NCBI GenBank assembly: GCA_041666265.1
Contig: JBAYHH010000002.1
Coordinates: 9,096-73,095 of the forward strand
Source of the DNA: Candidatus Magasanikiibacteriota bacterium
GTDB lineage: Bacteria > Patescibacteriota > Patescibacteriia > Magasanikbacterales > GWA2-37-8
Reading direction: 5' to 3'
Length of the DNA: 64,000 bases
Shown: positions 53,071-61,776 of the stretch, in pieces
Numbering within the stretch: the first letter of the stretch is position 1
Layout of the letters: every line of letters begins with the position of its first letter
Translations under genes and position numbers: made by a program
Notes under the pieces: model-generated
Told to the model about the DNA's origin: nothing
The model's database searches: none
Seen by the model: only the letters and a program-made list of their open reading frames with translations

Positions 53071-54595
53071 ACTGTGGCTTTCCGTCATCATATTGTTCGC
53101 CGCTGGTTGGCGATTTTACACCATTATTAATTATGGCGCTTTTTCTTGGGACGAATTATTTAGTTTCCACTACAGCCAAATGCCCTGGATGGATAGTTTT
53201 AAATTTTGGACATGGGAAACAAATCCGCCGCTCCACATGTTTATTTTGAAATTATGGTGGTATATACTTCCGGCGACTGAATTTTGGGCGCGCGTGCCAA
53301 GCATGATTTTTGGTGTTGCCTCGATTTATTGTCTATATGATTTTACTAAACGCATATTCAATAACAATACCGCTTGGATAGCCAGCGTCTTACTCACATT
53401 TTCTCCCTATCACATTTTTATCTCCGCCACTGCGCGTGGATATTCTCTTTTGATTTTACTGACTATTTTGTCGGTAAATTATTTTTTTAAAATTTTTATT
53501 GACAACGACGACTCGCGTGAAAACCGGCTGATTTTTGCCGCGACTCACTTACTGTTAATGCTTACTCATCTTACTGGAGCTTTGGTAATTTTGGCTGAAT
53601 TAATTATTCTTTCGGGACTAAATAGAAAAAAAATTATACTATGGATAAAAACGGGATTAGCCCCGATGTTTCTTTGGTTGGCCTGGGCAGTACCGTCATT
53701 TATATCAAAAGCCAATATTAATACAGCCGGTAAATCATGGTTTTTTAATATCGATAACGATTGGCTTAACGCATTATTTTCTCTTCAAACATTAATTTTT
53801 GGCCTGACATCTATCCCCGCTCGAAGAATCGCTGCTTCGTTTCCTTTTGCGTTTTTTTGGATAACATTATTGGTGATCATGGCGATATTTTGTGCGAGTG
53901 TCGGTATTTGTATTTATTATCAAGTAAAAAATAAGATTGCCGATATAACTTTGCAAATCATTTCCTTGTTCTTTGGTTTGCCGATTCTTATCGCGATCAT
54001 TTTGCATTTATGGCAAGTTAAATTTTTTACAATAGCTCTGCCATTTTTTTTAATATTGTTAGCATATATATTAAATAAATATTTTCCGAAAATTAAAGAC
54101 GCGATTACAATTGCTATTGCAATCAGTTTATTTGGACTTATTATATTTGCTCGTGCTTTGCCAATAAATGATTGGTCGGGAATTAACAGCTACTTACAAT
54201 CACATCGTGATCCCGACAAAAATCAGATATTAATATACAATCATTTTGTGGACAAGCTATTGCTCGAACGATATTTAAAAGTTCCAATCAATACTCTGCC
54301 GTATCTTGGACCAGATGATGCGGGTCTAAATTGGGATCAATTACTGATAAAAACCAATTATTATCGCTACATTCATCCTGACATTGAGATGCTCAAATGG
54401 TACCGAGATAATAATCTGCTAACATATGATCAAATATTTTTACTAAAAGAAATCGGCGTCGGTATTGATATTGATTGGACGCTAATTACCAATCGGTGGC
54501 ATTTTGACGGGGGGATTGTCGGACGATTGGGAGACTTGCGGGCCTTAATGTTGTATGATCACCCTAAAAACCCTACTTCAACAATCAAAAATTGA
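53051..54595 (+). CDS. GT-C fold glycosyltransferase (ArnT/PMT-like)
   Basis: SWDE, NPPLH, ARVPS, ARGYSL; many TM helices; AT-rich. Confidence 0.85.
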   Translation: MPTKHLKLWLSVIILFAAGWRFYTIINYGAFSWDELFSFHYSQMPWMDSFKFWTWETNPPLHMFILKLWWYILPATEFWARVPSMIFGVASIYCLYDFTKRIFNNNTAWIASVLLTFSPYHIFISATARGYSLLILLTILSVNYFFKIFIDNDDSRENRLIFAATHLLLMLTHLTGALVILAELIILSGLNRKKIILWIKTGLAPMFLWLAWAVPSFISKANINTAGKSWFFNIDNDWLNALFSLQTLIFGLTSIPARRIAASFPFAFFWITLLVIMAIFCASVGICIYYQVKNKIADITLQIISLFFGLPILIAIILHLWQVKFFTIALPFFLILLAYILNKYFPKIKDAITIAIAISLFGLIIFARALPINDWSGINSYLQSHRDPDKNQILIYNHFVDKLLLERYLKVPINTLPYLGPDDAGLNWDQLLIKTNYYRYIHPDIEMLKWYRDNNLLTYDQIFLLKEIGVGIDIDWTLITNRWHFDGGIVGRLGDLRALMLYDHPKNPTSTIKN

Positions 54596-55586
54596 CGCGC
54601 TCGACGCGGAAATAATTTGCGCCGAAGTTTGTAAAAAACCGCGAGCGTATATTTTGACGCATCCAGAATTTTTTGTAACCAAGGCGCAAGAAAGAAAAAT
54701 TTTGGCTTTATTCGATAGGCGTCAAGCGGGCGAACCACTCGCCTATCTCACCGGCCGCAAAGAATTTTACGGACTGGATTTTTTTGTGGACAAGCGAGTG
54801 CTGGTGCCGAGACCGGAGACGGAATTGATGGCGGAGACAGCGATTGATATAATTTTGAATTTTGAATTTCGAATTTCGAATAAATTTCGAAATATTAATA
54901 TCAAAAATAATACGGTGCTAATCGACATCGGCACTGGCAGTGGGTGCGTGCCGATTGCCATTGCCAAAAAAGTGATAGCTTCCCATTCGACTGTCGCTCA
55001 GAGCAGGCTTTCGACTCGCGGAGTTTACCCTGAGCACAGTCGAACGGGCTCCGCTCAGAATGACACTACGGTGATGGCCACCGACATTTCCGCGGACGCG
55101 CTCGCTGTCGCCAAAAAAAACGCCCACCGACATGGTGTAAAAATCAAATTTTTACAAGGCGACCTGCTGTCGCCGGTTATCAAATTCCTTATTCCTAAAA
55201 CCTTTCACCTTAAACCTACCACCTCACACCTAATCATCACCGCCAATCTCCCCTATGGCTGGAAAGCCTGGAAAAATAACTGCTCAATGGCAACACGCGG
55301 ACTGAAATTTGAACCGGCCAGCGCGCTATACACCGGAAAAAAAGGTTTGGAATTGTACGAAAAACTATTCAAACAAATAAAATCGCTTTTACTCCTCAAT
55401 CCTTACCTGCCTACCGGACAGGCAGGCTCCTTAATCCTTCTCATTGAATTTGATCCGCGCCAAACTGTCATGTTAAAAACACTTGTAAAAAAACACCTGC
55501 CGACCGCAAGTGTTTTAATCAAAAAAGATTTAGCCGGCCATGATCGCGTGGCGGTTATCTCCATTACCTACTCACCTCCAGCGTAA
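54555..55586 (+). CDS. prmC: Release factor glutamine methyltransferase with four repeat-derived inserts
   Basis: GEPLAYLTG, VLVPRPETE, IDIGTGSG, ANLPY, KDLAGHDR. Confidence 0.95.
   Translation: MITLKTLLQQSKIDALDAEIICAEVCKKPRAYILTHPEFFVTKAQERKILALFDRRQAGEPLAYLTGRKEFYGLDFFVDKRVLVPRPETELMAETAIDIILNFEFRISNKFRNINIKNNTVLIDIGTGSGCVPIAIAKKVIASHSTVAQSRLSTRGVYPEHSRTGSAQNDTTVMATDISADALAVAKKNAHRHGVKIKFLQGDLLSPVIKFLIPKTFHLKPTTSHLIITANLPYGWKAWKNNCSMATRGLKFEPASALYTGKKGLELYEKLFKQIKSLLLLNPYLPTGQAGSLILLIEFDPRQTVMLKTLVKKHLPTASVLIKKDLAGHDRVAVISITYSPPA
54977..55065. repeat. In-frame compound REP-like unit in prmC
   Basis: Peptide ASHSTVAQSRLSTRGVYPEHSRTGSAQND; shares SHSTVAQxRLST with the uvrA insert at 14516-14640. 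Confidence 0.9.
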
Positions 55587-56607
55587 TTTCCTTGGGCACA
55601 ATTTGAACCCAAATAACGCCTGGCCGCAAAGAAATTTCCGTCCCCGCGCTATCATAAAATCGCGTACGCGCCGAAACAGATTCTTTTTTCCAAGTTCCGC
55701 GCGCCATCACGCCATCACGCCAGACGCGCGCTTCGCCACCACCCACAGTGGTGATTTTTTTGCGATCCACCTCATCAAGCGAACGCACGCTGACAAACTG
55801 CACGATCACATTTTGGGCGTGAATATCCAATTGCTCTTTTGACGAAGCATCGCTCACAGTGCGCGCGAAATATTTATTCGCGCTATCCCAGGTCCACGCC
55901 ACGCTATAGCCAACTCGATAAGGAATACTAAACGCACGCACGCCCTGGGTCGTGCTGGCCGGTAAAATCTCGTCATTATACGCCCAGCCACTCCATGGTT
56001 GTCCGGTGTGCTTGGCGCCATAATCCGCGATTATTTTCTGCCAATTCTCGCTTTTGGTGAATAAATTATGCGGAGCATTGGCATGGTCATCGCGCCAGTA
56101 ATACTCTCCCCACCAAAACTCGTTGGTATCAAAAATCTTTCTTTCTTTGATCAAATCCAGCGCCTCGGCCGAACCGCCCGAATGCATATACACGCCATCA
56201 CCATATTCGGCAAGCCAATCCAAAAAATACGGACGCGCGCTCCGGACCGGACCGACTTTTTCCACCGCCAAATCGCTCGCGGAATAAATCGCCATAAAAC
56301 GCGTAAACCCACCCTCTACCGGCACCTCATAAACAATCGACGCTTGGTCCAGGCCGGATTGCGGATAGGCCACGGGGTGATTGTCGATCATTACCGCCAC
56401 CGCGCGCGGCCAAATCTGTGCCTCGGTCTCCACTCCCTCGCCGGTAAGCGCGCTAAAATAAATATATTCTTTCTCCGGCTCCGGCAAGATGCTATTTTTC
56501 CAAACTGTTTGAGAAAAAAAATAATTGTATAAAATATAGCCGAGCATGAGAGCCGACACCGACAAGAGCGCACCGATAATATACGCGAAATATCTTTTGG
56601 ACAACAT
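55564..56607 (-). CDS. DUF3048 domain membrane-anchored protein
   Basis: AVMIDNHP, PQSGL, VEGGFTRF, GPVRSAR, APHNL. Confidence 0.9.
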   Translation of the reverse strand: MLSKRYFAYIIGALLSVSALMLGYILYNYFFSQTVWKNSILPEPEKEYIYFSALTGEGVETEAQIWPRAVAVMIDNHPVAYPQSGLDQASIVYEVPVEGGFTRFMAIYSASDLAVEKVGPVRSARPYFLDWLAEYGDGVYMHSGGSAEALDLIKERKIFDTNEFWWGEYYWRDDHANAPHNLFTKSENWQKIIADYGAKHTGQPWSGWAYNDEILPASTTQGVRAFSIPYRVGYSVAWTWDSANKYFARTVSDASSKEQLDIHAQNVIVQFVSVRSLDEVDRKKITTVGGGEARVWRDGVMARGTWKKESVSARTRFYDSAGTEISLRPGVIWVQIVPKEITLEVSR

Positions 56608-56736
56608 AAATGAAATTTCAAATAATAAATTACAAGCAACAAATTATTTTTTGGGATTTATTATTTGATATTTGTAATTTATTTGTGATTTGAAATTTTG
56701 AATTTGAGATTTCATGGTATCTTATCACAAAAAACG

Positions 56737-56766
56737 AAAACGCAGAAGGGTCGCCTCTGCGTTTTT
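56737..56766. terminator. rplY terminator
   Basis: AAAACGCAGA...TCTGCGTTTTT. Confidence 0.7.
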
Positions 56767-56784
56767 AAAATCTGCTTATTGCGA

Positions 56785-57513
56785 TTATTTCTTATCGCCT
56801 TTTTTCTCATCTTTCTTTTCCGGAGCCTTATCGCCCGGTTTAGCGGTGGCGGCGCCCTCTTCGCCTTCAACCACGCCCTCTTCCGCTTCTTTCTTCTTGG
56901 CAAGCTCGATCTTACTGATATCGGCGGTCTTCGAGGCTTCTTCCATCGCTTTGATTTCATCCTCGGTCAAAGCGCGCTGGACCTTGGCCACCACATTTTC
57001 GAGCGGAGGCGACAGCACTTCGACACCGGCGGGGATCGCCAAATTTTTGACTTTGATCATGTCCTCGAAAGTTTTTAACACCGAGACATCCACGATAATT
57101 TGCTCGGGCAAATCTTTCGGCAAACACTTCACATGAATTTCATTGATGTTGTGCACCAAGGTACCGCCCATGGCTTTCACTACCGGAGCTTCGCCGGTGA
57201 ACTTCACAACCACGGTCGCGGTGATCGGTTTATTCATATCGATACGACGGAAATCAACATGGATAAATTGATCATTGATCGGATTGAATTGAACTTCATG
57301 CACGAGGATCTTGCCGGTCGGCTGACCATCAACCATGAGATCCACCAAAGTGGATTCACTCGCTTCTTTGTAAAGTTTGGCAAAATCTTTGTATGACACA
57401 CTCAAACTCTCGGTCGTAGAGCCGGCGCCATAAACCACGGCCGGGATCAAACCGTCCACGCGGGATTTTTCTCCTTGAAGTGTTCGTTTCGTAGCATTTA
57501 GAGTATAGGCCAT
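56785..57513 (-). CDS. rplY: 50S ribosomal protein L25/Ctc
   Basis: IPAVVYG, HVDF, Ctc-type C-terminal domain. Confidence 0.95.
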   Translation of the reverse strand: MAYTLNATKRTLQGEKSRVDGLIPAVVYGAGSTTESLSVSYKDFAKLYKEASESTLVDLMVDGQPTGKILVHEVQFNPINDQFIHVDFRRIDMNKPITATVVVKFTGEAPVVKAMGGTLVHNINEIHVKCLPKDLPEQIIVDVSVLKTFEDMIKVKNLAIPAGVEVLSPPLENVVAKVQRALTEDEIKAMEEASKTADISKIELAKKKEAEEGVVEGEEGAATAKPGDKAPEKKDEKKGDKK

Positions 57514-57522
57514 ATCGTTATT

Positions 57523-57852
57523 TTAAAATTCAAACTGTTGAATAAATTGATGAGCATCCAAAACCTCATTGAGAGTAAGGGGTGGTAGAGACATTACGCG
57601 CTGCACATCCTGGTGATTGAGATCTGTGACCGTGCCCACCGAGCTGATGCCCGCTCCCATCTGCATCACCATGGTGATGAAATATCCACCACAGGCGTGG
57701 CAAGTGATATGCACCAGATGCACTTGATTTTTTTGAGCCGAAAGTTTGGCCTCACCCTCGCGATACGGGGCGCTACAGACCGGACACTGGTTCAAAAACT
57801 TAAGCGCCAGGCGCCAATTTTCAGATTTGGGAGTACCGGGTAATGTGGACAT
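57523..57852 (-). CDS. Small Zn-ribbon hypothetical protein
   Basis: CPVC...HITCHAC; start MSTLP chosen to avoid overlap with the upstream gene. Confidence 0.7.
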   Translation of the reverse strand: MSTLPGTPKSENWRLALKFLNQCPVCSAPYREGEAKLSAQKNQVHLVHITCHACGGYFITMVMQMGAGISSVGTVTDLNHQDVQRVMSLPPLTLNEVLDAHQFIQQFEF

Positions 57853-57901
57853 AATGATAATATATTTCGCAAAAAATGTCAAGTCTGGGCTGGGGGTAAG
57901 G

Positions 57902-58615
57902 TTAGTCAACCGATTGATCGTCCGGCGGGGCAAAATGCTCGTCGGCGTGCTGATATTTCTCAAGGGTGTCGGTCGGAAACCATTGGCCGGCATGGGTATG
58001 GGCAAAAACCACCCCCAGCAAGGCCATTTTTTCAAAACAATCCCTCTCAATTGATGATACACCATCGGGCAGGATATTCAAAATTTCTGGTTCGAGCACA
58101 TACCCGCCGGCGTTATTTAGATTACTCGGCGCCTCCTCGATTTTTGGTTTTTCGATAAATCGTAAAATCTTGCCATTGTCTAAATGAGCGATGCCGTATT
58201 GAGTCACATCTTCGACGGGAAATAACGACAAGGTGATTTGCGCGTTGTTGATCTTGTGGGTGGCGACCGCGCTCGTCCAATCAAAATCCGCGAGGTTATC
58301 GCCGTTGATCACCAAAAAAGTCTCGTCGATACCGGTAGCCGCTTTTTTGATCGCCCCGCCGGTGCCGAGTGGCTGATCTTCGATGCTGTAGCTGATTTTC
58401 ACGCCAAATTTTTCACCGGTATCAAAATAGTTTTTTATTTTTTCCGCGTAAAATCCGACTGATAATATAATATCGGTGATGCCATGTTTTTTAAAATTCA
58501 AAATCGCGTGCTCGATAATCGGACGATTCTTTATCGGCAAAAGTGGTTTGGGTGTATTTTCGGTGAGCGGACGAAGGCGCGTGCCGAGTCCGCCAGCGAG
58601 GATAATGGCTTTCAT
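57902..58615 (-). CDS. Sugar-phosphate nucleotidyltransferase
   Basis: AIILAGGLGTRLRPLT, PKPLLPI, PLGTGGA, NGD. Confidence 0.93.
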   Translation of the reverse strand: MKAIILAGGLGTRLRPLTENTPKPLLPIKNRPIIEHAILNFKKHGITDIILSVGFYAEKIKNYFDTGEKFGVKISYSIEDQPLGTGGAIKKAATGIDETFLVINGDNLADFDWTSAVATHKINNAQITLSLFPVEDVTQYGIAHLDNGKILRFIEKPKIEEAPSNLNNAGGYVLEPEILNILPDGVSSIERDCFEKMALLGVVFAHTHAGQWFPTDTLEKYQHADEHFAPPDDQSVD

Positions 58616-58730
58616 CGGAAATATTTAATATCTAATTTTGCAATTGCCGGTTCGCAGCCGGTATTTCGAATCAATTTTGAATATACAATTTCGAAATTCG
58701 AATATTCAGATTTTATTCAAAATTCTAAAT

Positions 58731-59273
58731 TCAAAATTTCACAACATTTATCAAATAATTGGCGGCTGCTCCCACAAACGCCGCCACTGCAAATCCGCCG
58801 ACGATATCTCCGGGATAATGCACGCCGGCAAAAATGCGACCAATCCCCACCCACAGCGCCAGCAAAGCCAATGGCCATGCCAACGGCAGATGCAATACCA
58901 GCGCGGTGAAAAAAATCGTAAACGACCACATCGAATGATCGGACGGAAAAGATTTCCAGGTAAATAATTTGGGGAAAAGCGGACGAAACATCTCCTTGTC
59001 GGCCGGTATCGCCAAAAACGGACGCGGCTCTCGGATGATCGCGGCCAAAATCCAATTCATCGCCCAGCCGACGGCGCCACTGGCCAGCAGTGTCAAAATA
59101 GCGCGCCCGACAAATTGACCGGAGAAATCCGGCACCATCCAAACCGACACCACAAACCAACCGAGCATACCAAAAATTACCAGCTCCCCGCCCGCGCGCG
59201 CGAGAGCGTCCAGCCAGCGATTTTTGCCGGAAAGTCCGTTTATTTTTTGAAATATGTATACATTCAGGTCCAT
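58731..59273 (-). CDS. PAP2 family phosphatase (undecaprenyl-PP phosphatase-like)
   Basis: RP, SFPSDH, GRIFAGVHYPGD. Confidence 0.92.
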   Translation of the reverse strand: MDLNVYIFQKINGLSGKNRWLDALARAGGELVIFGMLGWFVVSVWMVPDFSGQFVGRAILTLLASGAVGWAMNWILAAIIREPRPFLAIPADKEMFRPLFPKLFTWKSFPSDHSMWSFTIFFTALVLHLPLAWPLALLALWVGIGRIFAGVHYPGDIVGGFAVAAFVGAAANYLINVVKF

Positions 59274-59372
59274 AGCGCTAATATTCTAACAAATTCACTG
59301 GATTTTGTCCACCCATCGAAAACACCCGAAAAGCTTGAAAAATATTCAATTTGTGGTATGATAGTCACACTC

Positions 59373-59445
59373 GCGCCTGTAACTCATCGGTTAGAGTGGC
59401 ACCCTTATAAGGTGCAAGTAGATGGTTCGATTCCATCCAGGCGCA
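59373..59445 (+). tRNA. tRNA-Ile(UAU)
   Basis: GCGCCTG/CAGGCGC acceptor stem, GCACC-CTTATAA-GGTGC anticodon arm, GATGG-TTCGATT-CCATC T arm; CCA not encoded. Confidence 0.92.
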
Positions 59446-59482
59446 CAGCGCAATTTTCATCACCACATAATCATCCTATCCT

Positions 59483-60496
59483 ATGCCCGCCACCCCAAAC
59501 TTTATCGCCACCGAAAAAGACGCCGGCGTCCGCTTGGATGTTTTTTTGGCGGAAAAACTGAAAATCTCGCGCTCGCAAACTCAAAAAATGATTGAGGGCG
59601 GACAAGTCGCGCTCAACGGCCAACAACCGCAGAAAACCGGACCGCGCCTCGAAGCCGACGACAAGATAAAAATCAGCGCGCCGAAAAAAACAAAAATCAG
59701 CGCCGAAGCCCAAAAAGCGACCAAGCTTTTTACCATCAAAGATATTAAAATCATCGCCGAAACCGCGGACTACCTCGTAGTGGAAAAACCGACCGGCATG
59801 CTCACTCACTCTACAAACAAAAATGAGTCCGACTCGCTCGCGACCCTGCTCGCGCAAAAATATACGGAAATAAAAAAAGTAAAAGACAGCGCGCCTAAGA
59901 CAGTGGCAAAAAAATGGGGCAAACAAATCCCCGACGAATACAATCGCCCGGGCATCGTGCATCGCCTCGATCGCGAAGCCTCGGGACTACTGGTGGTGGC
60001 TCGCACTCAACCGATGTTTGACCATCTCAAAGAACAATTCAAAAATCGCACAGTGGAAAAAGAATACTCGGTGCTCGCTCACGGTCGCCTACCCAAAGAC
60101 TGGGATACGATCAATTTCCCTATCACCCGCTCGGAAACAAACGATCGCATGGCCGCCCTGCCCAAGACCAACAAAGGATACGACACCGAGGAGGGCAAAG
60201 AAGCGATCACCGAACTTTTTGTGGAAAAAAGATTTGTGAATTTCGCGCTTTTGCGCGTCGTGCTCCACACCGGACGCATGCACCAGATTCGCGCCCACCT
60301 CCTCGCTTACAACCATCCGGTCGTGGGCGATCCGATGTATTTCACCAAAAAACGCCCGCGTAAATGGGACGAAAAATGCGGACGATTATTTTTGCATTGC
60401 GCGAAACTCGGTTTCACCGATCTCACTGGCGCCAAACAAATTTTTTCTTCCCCACTACCCACTCCCCTCGCCAATTTTCTCACTACTCTCACCTAA
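59483..60496 (+). CDS. RluA/RluD family pseudouridine synthase with S4 domain
   Basis: RLDVFLA, GIVHRLD, TGRMHQIR, GDPMY. Confidence 0.95.
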   Translation: MPATPNFIATEKDAGVRLDVFLAEKLKISRSQTQKMIEGGQVALNGQQPQKTGPRLEADDKIKISAPKKTKISAEAQKATKLFTIKDIKIIAETADYLVVEKPTGMLTHSTNKNESDSLATLLAQKYTEIKKVKDSAPKTVAKKWGKQIPDEYNRPGIVHRLDREASGLLVVARTQPMFDHLKEQFKNRTVEKEYSVLAHGRLPKDWDTINFPITRSETNDRMAALPKTNKGYDTEEGKEAITELFVEKRFVNFALLRVVLHTGRMHQIRAHLLAYNHPVVGDPMYFTKKRPRKWDEKCGRLFLHCAKLGFTDLTGAKQIFSSPLPTPLANFLTTLT

Positions 60497-60499
60497 TCT

Positions 60500-61078
60500 A
60501 TGCACCCAGCGATTATCATCAGCGGACCGGCCGGCGTCGGCAAAAGCACGGTCGCCAAAGCTTTGCAAAAACAATTCCCAAATTTATCAGCGAGTGTCAC
60601 CTACACTTCTCGCCCCCCGCGTCCGGGTGCCAAAGAGGATAAACAAATTTTTTATGTCAACGCCGGTGAATTTGAAAAAATGATTGCGGACGGAGAATTT
60701 TTGGAATGGGCCAAAGTACATGAAAATTATTACGGCACTCACAAAGCTAAAACCATGGCGCTACTTGAAGCCAATCCCGTGATTTTTAATATCGATGTCC
60801 AAGGCATGCTCCAACTATCGAAATTCTTTGAGCCAAAAAACCTGATCACAATTTTTCTACTTCCCGAATCGCACGAACAAATGGTCGCGCACATCAAGAG
60901 GCGCGGACATATCGACCCAAAGGACTTTGCCAATCGCCTCCAGTCAGCCGAGCGCGAGCTCTCGCAAAGCGGGCTATTTCAACACCAAATCGTCAATGGT
61001 GAGGGTAAACTGGCAGAAACAGTGGCCAAAATCGCCACTATTATCCAACCCTGTTTAGCGGTGGTATCCGGCACTTGA
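60500..61078 (+). CDS. gmk: Guanylate kinase
   Basis: GPAGVGKST, TSRPPRPG, FLEWAKVH..YYGT, IDVQG. Confidence 0.93.
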   Translation: MHPAIIISGPAGVGKSTVAKALQKQFPNLSASVTYTSRPPRPGAKEDKQIFYVNAGEFEKMIADGEFLEWAKVHENYYGTHKAKTMALLEANPVIFNIDVQGMLQLSKFFEPKNLITIFLLPESHEQMVAHIKRRGHIDPKDFANRLQSAERELSQSGLFQHQIVNGEGKLAETVAKIATIIQPCLAVVSGT

Positions 61079-61193
61079 CAAAAAAACCGATTTACGGTAA
61101 TATAAGGCCACTTTTTAAGATATAAAAAATGAAGAATTAATCATCAAAAACCAGTATTTTTGATTTTTGCTTTTTTATATTTGATCTAATAAT

Positions 61194-61520
61194 ATGACTG
61201 AAAAAACCGCTTTGGAGCTTAAACCGGGCTTGGTAGTTAAGGTCCATACCAAAATCAAAGAAACCAACGCCAAAGGCGAAGAAAAAGAGCGCATTCAGAT
61301 TTTTGAAGGCACGGTCATCGCGGTCCGCCACGGATCCGAAGAGGGCGCCACTTTCACGGTGCGCAAAATTTCCGAGGGCGTGGGCGTGGAAAGAATTTTC
61401 CCGATCAAATCCCCGGTCATCGCGAAGATCGAACCGGTCAAACAATTGGCGGTCCGCCGCGCCAAACTTCACTTCCTGCGCGACAAGAATTTTAAACGCA
61501 AGATCGAGGAAGTCAAATAA
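61194..61520 (+). CDS. rplS: 50S ribosomal protein L19
   Basis: RIQIFEG, FTVRK, GVERIFP, VRRAKL. Confidence 0.98.
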   Translation: MTEKTALELKPGLVVKVHTKIKETNAKGEEKERIQIFEGTVIAVRHGSEEGATFTVRKISEGVGVERIFPIKSPVIAKIEPVKQLAVRRAKLHFLRDKNFKRKIEEVK

Positions 61521-61532
61521 ATTTCATCAAAC

Positions 61533-61562
61533 AAAAAAATCCGCTCACCAGGCGGATTTTTT
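61533..61562. terminator. rplS terminator (possibly bidirectional)
   Basis: AAAAAATCCGC...GCGGATTTTTT. Confidence 0.75.
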
Positions 61563-61567
61563 GTTGA

Positions 61568-61775
61568 GAAAATAAAAAACACGGATAATGATATTCTGAC
61601 AAATTATGATTGACGAGGTAAATTTGTAGACGAGCGGGAGCGGTCCGTCAGGATTTGAGCCAATGTGTGACCCGCCTCGCGGCGGGGAGTTTTGGCTCAA
61701 AAGCGACCGCGAGTCACAAATTTCGAGTCAGTCATCAATTTGGAAGAATATTATTATCCGTGTTTAGTTTATTTT
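61568..61775. repeat. ~200-bp long imperfect hairpin element between convergent rplS and uvrA2
   Basis: Nested complementary arms separated by GA-rich internal loops and capped by CCCGCC-TCGC-GGCGGG. Confidence 0.75.
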
Positions 61776-61776
61776 A

